This document shows, one piece after another, positions 1 to 8,067 of a DNA stretch of 14,759 nt. Below the pieces are notes generated by a model, which was given only the letters and a program-made list of their open reading frames with translations, did not search any database and was not told the DNA's origin. The position numbers were made by a program, and so were the translations under genes. The stretch's first letter is position 1, and every line of letters begins with the position of its first letter. The stretch comes from Candidatus Thorarchaeota archaeon (GTDB lineage Archaea > Asgardarchaeota > Thorarchaeia > Thorarchaeales > Thorarchaeaceae), in NCBI GenBank assembly GCA_020348985.1, contig CP070761.1:207996-222754 (forward strand), written 5' to 3'.

Positions 1-170
1 GTATCTCCGGCGCGGATTTCTGCTGTAACAGAATATTGAACCTCATCATATTGCCTGATAAGCCACCCCTCATACTCAGCGGCCGGTGGAAGACTGGAAA
101 GCAAACCATAGCTAGCAATCGAGATAGCAATCATGGCTAGAGTGACTGCTCTCTTAGACCTCTCACTCAA
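1..170 (-). CDS. 5' part of a secreted or membrane-anchored hypothetical protein (runs off the left edge)
   Basis: Manual translation, not in the ORF track. TTG at 170 (alternative in-frame TTG at 185) gives MSERSKRAVTLAMIAISIASYGLLSSLPPAAEYEGWLIRQYDEVQYSVTAEIRAGD..., open to base 1. Basic N-region plus hydrophobic stretch resembles a signal peptide/anchor. Confidence 0.7.
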   Translation of the reverse strand, partial: MSERSKRAVTLAMIAISIASYGLLSSLPPAAEYEGWLIRQYDEVQYSVTAEIRAGD

Positions 171-400
171 TGCATTCCCCGACAATGGGTGAATTCTAAT
201 CTGGGCTTATCATCTTTGTCAAACCCTTTTTGTTGGATGTGAATCGGAAAGGCAGGAAACGAGCCGAACAAGATAAATCGCGGATTCGGCATGTGCTGAC
301 CTATATCAATTGCAGTTCACGTCTTTGAGTTCCATGACTGATACTTCTATTTCTCTGCGTTGATGACCAGCTTTCGATTGACGGTTAGGAGACGAGTATA

Positions 401-1486
401 ATGTCAAAAAACCCGTATGAACGCCTTGCGGCCACGCTAGACAAGATACCAAATAGTTTCACGGCTACTGAAGGGGGATCTCACCTAAAGGTGTTAGAAT
501 GGATTTACACTCCAGAAGAGGCCGACCTTGCTAGTCGAATGAGACTGCGAGGCGAAACGGTTGAGGAACTCGCAGCTCGTCTAGAAATCTCGGTGAAGGG
601 CCTGGAGGTGCAGTTGGAGATAATGGCTAAGAAGGGACAAATCCGTGCTTGGACCTCCAGTACGGGCAGAAGATATGCCCTGATTCCATTCGTAGTTGGC
701 GTGTATGATGAGCAGCTAGATAGAATGGATGCTGAGTTCGCACGAATCTTCGAAGACCATTTGGATGAGAGCAAGGGAGGCGACCTGTCGGGTTTGGAAC
801 CTTCATTGTTCAAGGTGATTCCAGTCAATCGGTCGATCAGTGCTGAGTTGGAGATATACCCATACGAAATAGCCGAGGAGATGATTGAGAACTCGAAATC
901 ATGGGGGGTTCGCGATTGTATATGCAAGACGCACATGGACCTCTTGGGCAATCCGTGCGATTACGGATTGTCCAAGTGCATTCAACTGCATCCTAGAAAG
1001 GAGCGCGTGTTTGATGACAGTCATATCACAGAATCCATCACCAAAGAAGAAGCCCTGAAGATTCTGAAAGAGACTGAAGAAGCAGGATTGATTCACTCTT
1101 CCATGAACACACAGAATGATCATCTCTACATCTGCAACTGCTGCACATGCTGCTGTCTTCCGTTCAGACTAATGACGAAGTGGGATCAACCACACGCATT
1201 TATCCGGTCGAATTATCAAGCAAGTGTAGACGCTGAGTTGTGCAATGGATGTGAGACTTGTCTGGGACGGTGTCAGTTTGAAGCATTGAGTGTTTCAGAA
1301 GATGTATGTGTGGTCAATACAGACCGCTGTGTGGGCTGTGGCGTTTGCGGTATTGGCTGTCCTGAGGAGGCGCTTTCTCTTGTCCTACGGCAACCTAAAG
1401 AGAGAGAAACCCCTCCCGAATCAATGATGGAGTGGGGAATGGCAAAGGCGTTCTCAAGAGGTGTTGACCCTTCGGAACTGATGTAG
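401..1486 (+). CDS. 4Fe-4S binding protein: N-terminal HTH-like region, central Cys-rich domain, C-terminal 2x[4Fe-4S] ferredoxin domain
   Basis: Ferredoxin motifs CNGCETCLGRCQ and CVGCGVCGIGCP; central DCICK..C..C and ICNCCTCCC; AGGAG SD before the ATG. Confidence 0.9.
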   Translation: MSKNPYERLAATLDKIPNSFTATEGGSHLKVLEWIYTPEEADLASRMRLRGETVEELAARLEISVKGLEVQLEIMAKKGQIRAWTSSTGRRYALIPFVVGVYDEQLDRMDAEFARIFEDHLDESKGGDLSGLEPSLFKVIPVNRSISAELEIYPYEIAEEMIENSKSWGVRDCICKTHMDLLGNPCDYGLSKCIQLHPRKERVFDDSHITESITKEEALKILKETEEAGLIHSSMNTQNDHLYICNCCTCCCLPFRLMTKWDQPHAFIRSNYQASVDAELCNGCETCLGRCQFEALSVSEDVCVVNTDRCVGCGVCGIGCPEEALSLVLRQPKERETPPESMMEWGMAKAFSRGVDPSELM

Positions 1487-1568
1487 CTCATTATACCCCT
1501 TGCGCAACAAATCCGCCACCTGCACCCATCAACGCCGCATCTTCTAATCATAGAATGAGGCTAGGAAG

Positions 1569-1940
1569 TCAGTACTTCTTGTAGTAGTAGTATCCAGATG
1601 TGTACGCAATTGCCAATGAAATGAACCACACAAGAAGTATCATGCCTACAGCTTCAACTGCGACGGATTGGATTGCCAAGATCGCTCCTATGTAGGGCAG
1701 TGCGAAGAGTAGGAATACAAATGCATTTCGTGCTGCTAGATTATAGATTTGAGTGAACCTTTCATCCTGGAATTGCCTCATCCATCTCGTGAATAGAACT
1801 GCAATGACCGGAGCAGTACATCCACTGAGGACTGCAGGCCAAAAGCCTGGAGAGGATGTAATCCAAGCAGCAATCAATATGGCCGCTGCAGAAACCAGAA
1901 CAACCAGACTTGCAACGTGGTCACGTTTCATTGTCATCAT
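1569..1940 (-). CDS. DUF2178-like small membrane protein (~4 TM)
   Basis: Four hydrophobic segments, QDER..I..LAARNAF motif and C-terminal YYYKKY. Start moved to ATG 1940 (or 1937/1931), overlapping the XRE gene end. Confidence 0.75.
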   Translation of the reverse strand: MMTMKRDHVASLVVLVSAAAILIAAWITSSPGFWPAVLSGCTAPVIAVLFTRWMRQFQDERFTQIYNLAARNAFVFLLFALPYIGAILAIQSVAVEAVGMILLVWFISLAIAYTSGYYYYKKY

Positions 1941-2157
1941 CTCGATACTCGAATATGTCCTCAATCGCCATCCCGAATGCACGAGCAAGCTTGAACGCTA
2001 GAATTAGGGATGGATTATAGGTACCCTTTTCCATTGAGATTACGGTCTGCCGTGAAACTCCCAGACGCTTGGCCATACCCTCCTGCGTCCATTGTTCAGA
2101 CTCGCTGGAACTTCGCATCTTCTCTTCGCGCAGCTCTCTGATTCGGTTCACAATCAT
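1921..2157 (-). CDS. XRE/Cro-C1 family HTH transcriptional regulator
   Basis: NRIRELRE...TQEGMAKRLGVSRQTVISMEKGTYNPSLILAFKLARAFG..IEDIF. Start moved to ATG 2157 (GGAG upstream) because the longer ORF runs through its promoter. Confidence 0.92.
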   Translation of the reverse strand: MIVNRIRELREEKMRSSSESEQWTQEGMAKRLGVSRQTVISMEKGTYNPSLILAFKLARAFGMAIEDIFEYRDDDNET

Positions 2158-2178
2158 TGCCGTGCACTCCATGGCGAT

Positions 2179-2217
2179 GTAAAGTCTACTTGACGTAAAG
2201 TGAACTTTACATATAAG
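2179..2217 (-). promoter_or_regulatory. TATA box plus two abutting 16-bp palindromic operators of the XRE-DUF2178 operon
   Basis: + strand GTAAAGTCTACTTGAC (2179-2194) and GTAAAGTGAACTTTAC (2195-2210; perfect 7-2-7 inverted repeat). CTTATAT on the - strand at 2217-2211. Confidence 0.8.
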
Positions 2218-2288
2218 ATTTGTGAACCTATGCAAGCGTGGTCAACATTTGAGAACTCAGATGACAAGTGCGAACAAAATCTATGCAG

Positions 2289-2687
2289 CTACGCAAAAAC
2301 TCCATTGACAACAGGCAGGTCTCTTAGCTCAACATGATCATGCCAATCGATCTCTGCCGGGTAGTCGAAGCCTTGGAGACCCCTGCTTCGGGCCATCCAT
2401 CTCCAACACGTGACTCCATCTATGCGTTCCAGCTTGTATAGGTTGGCTTTTGTCGCGTCGAAACGGACTTCTACTAGAGTACCTTCAGGAAGAGTGTCTA
2501 GATTCGAAACGTCGAGCATTCGTCGGCCAGTTTTGTCTTCAGCGACAGTGGAGAGGTAGTATCTTACCTTGAGTCCATCATCAGCTTGAACAACTACTGC
2601 TACATGTGGTCTAGAAATTGGATCCCATGTCCGGGGAATAGCGGGCCTTCTCAATAGAATATGTCCTTCAGAGGAAACCATCTTCAT
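2289..2687 (-). CDS. Hypothetical protein (~132 aa, beta-rich)
   Basis: Long ORF. Start moved to ATG 2687 (MKMVSSEG..) because a TATA-like CTTATATA lies at ~2748-2741 inside the longer ORF's 5' extension. Confidence 0.6.
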   Translation of the reverse strand: MKMVSSEGHILLRRPAIPRTWDPISRPHVAVVVQADDGLKVRYYLSTVAEDKTGRRMLDVSNLDTLPEGTLVEVRFDATKANLYKLERIDGVTCWRWMARSRGLQGFDYPAEIDWHDHVELRDLPVVNGVFA

Positions 2688-2921
2688 TGAAACGCCTGCC
2701 TGAATCGTTAACCTCTCCGAGGAATATGTCGGAAACTTGGTATATAAGCGGGAATCGCGTGTTACAATCATCCTAGATAGCCGGCAGAAGGCGTCTTGGC
2801 TAACTTCCGTGGATGGCAGCACATTGGTTTCAAAACTTGGTGGAAAGCCTATGACTTCCATGTAGGAAGCCCGACCTCTCTTACTTAACAAATGGCCAGA
2901 CAGGATTTTGCAGCATAGGAT

Positions 2922-3236
2922 CTAATCTTCGACGTCATCACTTGGGAGTCCTACGTTGAGGGGGCGGCCCTCAAAAAGAGAAAGTATCACCTTCTTGCGG
3001 GCACTAGCAAGAATTCTCCAGATCGTTCCTCTAGATACACCCATTGCTCTCCCGGCCTCTTCTTGATAGAGGCCTTCAAGGTCAACGAGACGCAATGCCT
3101 CTATCTCGGCCAGGTCTATGTAGATGGGGGAAGAGTCTGACATCGGCTCTGGAGTCATCTTCTTAGCTCGCGGAACTTCCACTATTCTTGGTTGAATAGG
3201 AAATCTTCCTCGGGCGCCTCGTCTTTTTCGGTGCAT
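2922..3236 (-). CDS. DUF134 (UPF0251) family predicted DNA-binding protein
   Basis: RGRFP..PRI N-terminus and EIEALRLVDLEGLYQEEAGRAMGVSRGTIWRILASARKKV...LFEG signature. Confidence 0.92.
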   Translation of the reverse strand: MHRKRRGARGRFPIQPRIVEVPRAKKMTPEPMSDSSPIYIDLAEIEALRLVDLEGLYQEEAGRAMGVSRGTIWRILASARKKVILSLFEGRPLNVGLPSDDVED

Positions 3237-3395
3237 CTCAGTTCAAGGAAAACCCTTCGTGTGAGTATTAGTACTCTAAGAATGACGCAATAGATGCGGA
3301 ATCAGCTAGCCCAATGCCTACTGGAGCCCAACCAAAGATTACAAGTGAGCATAGTCTATGAAAGTAAGGTGTCAACTTGACGCTGAGGTGATTCA

Positions 3396-4613
3396 ATGGG
3401 ATTTAGCGTAGGCATTGTCGGAAAACCATCGTGTGGCAAGACGTCATTCACAAATGCAGCCTGCATGACTGAATTCAAGGTGGGAAGCTATCCATTTACG
3501 ACCATTGAGGCGAATGTGGGTGTGGCGCATGTGAGAACAGCATGTGTCTGCAAAGAGCTTGATGTGGATGATAACCCACAGAACAGTATCTGTCTTGACG
3601 GAATAAGACTCATTCCAATCAAACTAATCGATGTGGCTGGACTCGTTCCAGGAGCGCACAGTGGAAGAGGGATGGGAAATCAGTTCCTCGATGATTTACG
3701 ACAAGCAGATGTTTTGATACACATCGTTGATGCCAGTGGGTCACTAGATGCAGAAGGACAAGAAGTCTCAGCCGGAAGTTATGATCCTGTAGAAGATGTA
3801 AGGTTCTTGGAAGAGGAGATTACTGAATGGATGCTTGCAATCATTCAGAAGGACTGGCGTAGGATTACGGGACGAATAAGGGCAGAGGGGGCAAAGCTCG
3901 AAGAGCTTCTCCTCGAGAAGCTATCTGGGCTCAAGATTGGTAGAGTTCAGATCCTAAAGGCATTACGAGACTCGGGACTCAAGCCAGAAGGATCAGACAA
4001 GTGGAGTGAAGAAGACCTGAGACTGTTTACACTGACACTTCAAAGGGCAGCCAAACCAATCATAATTGCGGCAAATAAGATTGACAGACCAACTGCACCC
4101 GCTAATCTCAAGAGACTGCAGGAGGAATTCCCGGATCATCTCATAGTTCCGGTCAGCGCGTTAGCCGAAAAGGTTCTACGTGATTTGGACAAGAAGGGCA
4201 TCATCAAATACGTTCCTGGTGATACGGACTTCACTGTATTAGATGGGCAGAAGATAGGAGAAGCGGAAATGGGGCAGCTTGAGAGGATTAGGGATGAGAT
4301 TCTCAAGGCGCTGAATGGAACGGGTGTACAAGAGCTCCTGAATAAAGCTGTCTTTGAGTTTCTCAGATTGATAGCAGTCTATCCGGTTCATGATGTGAAC
4401 ACTCTTACAGACAGCGATGGAAATGTATTGCCCGATGTCTATCTTGTGCACGAAGGAATTACAGCCAAGGAATTCGCAGGAGAAATCCATACAGACCTCA
4501 TGGAGAGCTTCATCCATGGTATCGATGGCAGAACCAAGATGAAGGTGTCAGATAAGCATGAACTGAAAGATCGTGATGTTATCAAAATAGTCAGCGCCAA
4601 GGGCTCAAAGTAA
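3396..4613 (+). CDS. ychF: Archaeal YchF/Obg-family translation-associated NTPase with C-terminal TGS domain
   Basis: G1 GKPSCGKTS, G2 YPFTT, G3 DVAGLVPGAH.GRGMGNQFLDDLRQAD, G4 NKID, TGS TAKEFAGEIHTDL..LKDRDVIKIV; SD GAGGTGA at 3385-3391. Confidence 0.95.
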   Translation: MGFSVGIVGKPSCGKTSFTNAACMTEFKVGSYPFTTIEANVGVAHVRTACVCKELDVDDNPQNSICLDGIRLIPIKLIDVAGLVPGAHSGRGMGNQFLDDLRQADVLIHIVDASGSLDAEGQEVSAGSYDPVEDVRFLEEEITEWMLAIIQKDWRRITGRIRAEGAKLEELLLEKLSGLKIGRVQILKALRDSGLKPEGSDKWSEEDLRLFTLTLQRAAKPIIIAANKIDRPTAPANLKRLQEEFPDHLIVPVSALAEKVLRDLDKKGIIKYVPGDTDFTVLDGQKIGEAEMGQLERIRDEILKALNGTGVQELLNKAVFEFLRLIAVYPVHDVNTLTDSDGNVLPDVYLVHEGITAKEFAGEIHTDLMESFIHGIDGRTKMKVSDKHELKDRDVIKIVSAKGSK

Positions 4614-4802
4614 GTAGTTGAAACCTTTCCGTCCTGTTAAATGGTTTATAATCTCCTAGTGTTTCAGTAACGAGGTTCGATATTTACGAGGCAATGATGG
4701 GCATTCTGATTTCCACACGATGAAAATCCTGTACAGAGTCTCTCAGATGCACTCGTTTCTACATGATTGTGATTCTTCTGTGATTTTCAGGAGTGTGGAG
4801 AG

Positions 4803-5270
4803 ATGGATGTCTTCACGACACTGGAAGATGCGAAATCCTTTGGGAGTAGACTGGCCAAGAGGGGGAGTTTTCCGACAATCTACAAGCGTCGATCAGATGA
4901 ATACATTGTCGTCATAAAAGGAGAATGGCCCCCAAAGGAATCATGGCCTTTCCTAAAGTGGATTGGAAGAGCTCTTTACGGTAATGAAGAAACGGAAGGC
5001 TGGGTCCCAGTTCTAGCTCGACTTGATACCCTCCAGAGAGCTCAAGATGCATGTGGGCTTTTCAATCTCTTGGGTTTCGACCCCATAATCGTTCACTTTC
5101 CTGGGATTACTTTCGACATCTTTGTTAACGAGGCTCATATCCCAGTGGGCGCACAGATTGTGTTGGACGCTGATGATGACGACTTAGTACTTCAGTTACA
5201 GACAGCTCGGTTCTACGACGAGGAGGATGAGGAACACGAAAATCTGCAACTTAGAAATCAATCAGTCTAA
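4803..5270 (+). CDS. Hypothetical protein with two internal SPOR/DUF2007-like repeats and an acidic tail
   Basis: 155-aa ORF with GGAG SD. Residues 1-51 and 71-121 align without gaps. Overlaps the convergent flavin reductase by 4 bp. Confidence 0.7.
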   Translation: MDVFTTLEDAKSFGSRLAKRGSFPTIYKRRSDEYIVVIKGEWPPKESWPFLKWIGRALYGNEETEGWVPVLARLDTLQRAQDACGLFNLLGFDPIIVHFPGITFDIFVNEAHIPVGAQIVLDADDDDLVLQLQTARFYDEEDEEHENLQLRNQSV

Positions 5271-5812
5271 TCCAGTGATTCCAGTTTGTCACCGAGAGAC
5301 CAATATTGGCCTGTTGCGGGTATATACGTAAACAGTTTGGCCTTAGTCAAATCGAGATGCCCCTCCTCATCTAGCACATCTTCGTTCATGTGCACTTTGA
5401 CTACCTCAGCAATGAATAGGTCATGCACTCCAATGGGTAGAATCTGCTTCTTGATACATTCAATATTGATTGGGCACTCCTTTATCATGGGCGAGCTCAC
5501 CGTCTTAGACGGAATAGGAGTGAGTCCGCACTCGGCGAACTTGTTGAAGTCGCGTCCAGACTTTGAACCCGAGAATTCCGTAGCTTCTAGTAGGTCAACT
5601 GTAGGAATATTGAGGACGAAATCATTCGCTTTCGAGATTAGCTCGTAGCTGAAACGATTCTGACGTATTCCGACAGCAACTGACGGCGGTTTGCTACAGA
5701 TGTTTGCGGCCCATGAAAGAGTGATGATGTTTGGATAGTCCTCACCAGCGACACTCAATAGAACAACGGGGCTTGGTACGATTGCAGTAAATGGCCTCAT
5801 TTCTCGTTTCAT
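5267..5812 (-). CDS. Flavin reductase family protein (flavoredoxin-like, FMN split barrel)
   Basis: PSPVVLLS..PNIITLSW..CSKPPSVAVGI, DFVLNIP, GSKSGRDFNKF, PMIKECPINIEC, GVHDLFIAEV. Confidence 0.93.
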   Translation of the reverse strand: MKREMRPFTAIVPSPVVLLSVAGEDYPNIITLSWAANICSKPPSVAVGIRQNRFSYELISKANDFVLNIPTVDLLEATEFSGSKSGRDFNKFAECGLTPIPSKTVSSPMIKECPINIECIKKQILPIGVHDLFIAEVVKVHMNEDVLDEEGHLDLTKAKLFTYIPATGQYWSLGDKLESLD

Positions 5813-5911
5813 AGTGACCCGTCCTACGTCTCCCCCTAGAAAACATTACCGTCGTCAAGTTTAAGTTGAAGATACCGAGGGCGAAGTTCAGAAGATAGTG
5901 AGGGTTCTACA

Positions 5912-6823
5912 ATGGCACGTGTACTTGTCGCAGATCCGGTGGAAGAGTCCGCCTTGCAGAAAATGCAGAATGCAGGGTTAGAACTTGTAGTCAGAGACGA
6001 GGAGAAGGATGGACCAATTGAGAATCAAATCAAGGGATTTGATTGCATAGTCGTCCGGAGCGCAACCAAAGTGACCAAGGAAGTCATTCAAGCTGCAGAC
6101 ACGTTGAAGTTGGTTGTGAGAGCCGGTGTAGGTCTCGATAATGTGGACATTGAGGCCGCTGAAAAGGCGGGGGTTAAGGTACTCAATACGCCGGAAGCAC
6201 CAACGGTTTCTGTTGCGGAGATGGTGTTCTCTCTGATGTTCGGTCTTGCACGAAATGTCGCCCAGGCAGATAGTTCCATGAAAGGAGAGCGTTGGGAGAA
6301 GAAGAACCTAACTGGCACTGAGCTTTGGAAGAAAACACTTGGAGTGGTCGGTTATGGTAGAATCGGTCAAGAGGTAGGAAAGCGCGCGGGGGCACTGGAC
6401 ATGGAAGTGCTAGCATACGATGTCATTGACATTGAGGCTGCATGTAGAGAGACTGGTGCGGTGTCTGTGACTCTTGATGAACTGATTGAGCGATCCGACT
6501 TTATCACCTTGCACGTACCCTTGCTGCCTCAAACCAAGAACATGTTTGGCACAGAACAGTTCAAGCGCATGAAGAACACAGCTTTCTTGGTTAACACTGC
6601 GCGAGGCGGCGTTGTCGATGAAGCTGCTCTTCTTGACGCATTGAATGAGGGATTGATTGCGGGAGCTGGTTTGGATGTCTTTGAGAGTGAGCCCCCAAAG
6701 GACTGGGAGCTGGTTAGGCATCCGAAGTTGGTCGCCACTCCGCATCTTGCATCGTCAACCCGAGAAGCCCAATCAAGAGTAGGTGACTTGACGGCTGAGA
6801 AGGTGATCAGGGAACTGGCCTAG
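5912..6823 (+). CDS. serA: D-isomer-specific 2-hydroxyacid dehydrogenase, probably short (no ACT domain) D-3-phosphoglycerate dehydrogenase
   Basis: VVRSATKVT, RAGVGLDNVD, GYGRIG with Asp (NAD), catalytic R (NTARG), E (DVFESEP) and H (TPHL). Substrate is inferred. Confidence 0.85.
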   Translation: MARVLVADPVEESALQKMQNAGLELVVRDEEKDGPIENQIKGFDCIVVRSATKVTKEVIQAADTLKLVVRAGVGLDNVDIEAAEKAGVKVLNTPEAPTVSVAEMVFSLMFGLARNVAQADSSMKGERWEKKNLTGTELWKKTLGVVGYGRIGQEVGKRAGALDMEVLAYDVIDIEAACRETGAVSVTLDELIERSDFITLHVPLLPQTKNMFGTEQFKRMKNTAFLVNTARGGVVDEAALLDALNEGLIAGAGLDVFESEPPKDWELVRHPKLVATPHLASSTREAQSRVGDLTAEKVIRELA

Positions 6824-6869
6824 CGACTTAATCGCTACATCTTTAAGCAAACCTACTCCGGCAGTTGCT

Positions 6870-6990
6870 GGCTCGACTGCTACGTCGAGCCTCATCATTC
6901 CTTTGTGATGGCGGATGCGTCCGCATGGGATGTGGCCTTCACGGCTGAACCACAAGCAAAGCGAATTGTAACTACAAAGGAAGACAGAAT
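6870..6990 (+). ncRNA. Putative structured 5' leader (cis-regulatory RNA) of the rpl15e operon
   Basis: TTTAAG TATA-like at 6842-6847; 8-bp perfect hairpin 6870-6891; 9-bp stem 6898-6906/6974-6982 enclosing three hairpins. Confidence 0.55.
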
Positions 6991-7572
6991 ATGTCGGCTT
7001 ACAAGAGAATGAATGAAGCCTGGGTCGAGCAGCAGCAGGAGCGTTCTGAGATTATCAGAAACAGATTGATCGTCTGGCGGAAGCAAGGAACAGTTGTCAG
7101 ACTAGAGCGTCCTACGAGACTTGGAAGAGCTCGCTCACTTGGTTACAAGGCAAAACAAGGTTACATAATTGTTAGAATAAAGATAGGCAGAGGACCGCGG
7201 GAAAAGCCGAGACCTAGAATGGGTCGGAAGCCAAGGAGTCTGGGTGTCACGAAATACACACCACAGAAATCGCGTCGTTGGATTGCAGAAGAACGTGCGG
7301 CACGTAAGTTCCCGAATCTCAGAGTGCTGAACTCGTATTGGGTTGGTTCAGATCATAAGTGGGTATGGCATGAAGTGATTCTAGTCGATCCCAATCATCC
7401 TGTCATTTACAATGATCCTCAGATCAATTGGATTTGTGACCCGGTCCAGAAAGGTCGCGAAAGCAGAGGACTTACATCAGCTGGCAAGAGAAGTCGAGGA
7501 CTAAGGAAAAAGGGCACGGGTGCTGAGAAGATCAGACCCTCTCTGGGCGCCAAAAAGAATAGAGGAAAGTAG
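6991..7572 (+). CDS. rpl15e: 50S ribosomal protein L15e (eL15)
   Basis: RLERPTRLGRARSLGYKAKQG, IAEERAARKFPNLRVLNSYWVG, EVILVDPNHP, GRESRGLTSAG. Confidence 0.99.
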   Translation: MSAYKRMNEAWVEQQQERSEIIRNRLIVWRKQGTVVRLERPTRLGRARSLGYKAKQGYIIVRIKIGRGPREKPRPRMGRKPRSLGVTKYTPQKSRRWIAEERAARKFPNLRVLNSYWVGSDHKWVWHEVILVDPNHPVIYNDPQINWICDPVQKGRESRGLTSAGKRSRGLRKKGTGAEKIRPSLGAKKNRGK

Positions 7573-7603
7573 CTCCAGCGGTTTCGACTCCGAGGAGTTT
7601 CGT

Positions 7604-8065
7604 ATGCTTGGTATTGAAAGGATTGAGACCAGGGCGTACTCGTTGTCAACAGAAGACCCCGACAAAGTCAAGACTGCGATTCTGAATGTTCACGATGAAA
7701 GATTCAGAGAGAAGGTCAAGGTCACTCAGACATTGACTGAAGGACATCTGCAACTCCCGATCATAGTGATCAACAGTGCACTTACTGGAGAGAAGGCCTG
7801 TTTAGAGACCCTTTACTACATTCTAAGTCATCTGCCGCGCGAAGACATTAGATTTCTGAAGGACTCTGTGGAAAGGAGACTTGATGAGAGATGTGTGTTT
7901 TTTCTCAGGATTGATAAGCAAGCGTCCTTTCTTGGTAAACTGCAGCTATCCAAGGGTCCGGACCTGATTAGCGTTCAGATACACTTGCACCAGTATCCCA
8001 GATGTGTCCGTGATGATGCAATTGCATTCATTCTGGATCATCTAGAGAAACACGGAGATTCGTAG
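7604..8065 (+). CDS. COG1325/DUF54 predicted RNA-binding protein (exosome superoperon-associated)
   Basis: STEDPDKVKTAI, EGH..PI, FFLRIDKQASFLG..L..G.D motifs; usual position between rpl15e and rpp30. Start moved to ATG 7604 (GAGGAG at 7592-7597). Confidence 0.88.
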   Translation: MLGIERIETRAYSLSTEDPDKVKTAILNVHDERFREKVKVTQTLTEGHLQLPIIVINSALTGEKACLETLYYILSHLPREDIRFLKDSVERRLDERCVFFLRIDKQASFLGKLQLSKGPDLISVQIHLHQYPRCVRDDAIAFILDHLEKHGDS

Positions 8066-8067
8066 TA

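Noticed and set aside
263-290. GCCGAA/TTCGGC inverted repeat
   Set aside because: Only a 6-bp stem with a 16-nt loop and no other support.
6898-6982. True tRNA or C/D box sRNA
   Set aside because: No T-loop, D-loop or 7-nt anticodon loop consensus. GTGATGG and CTGA are present, but there are no convincing C'/D' boxes and the would-be guides are self-paired.
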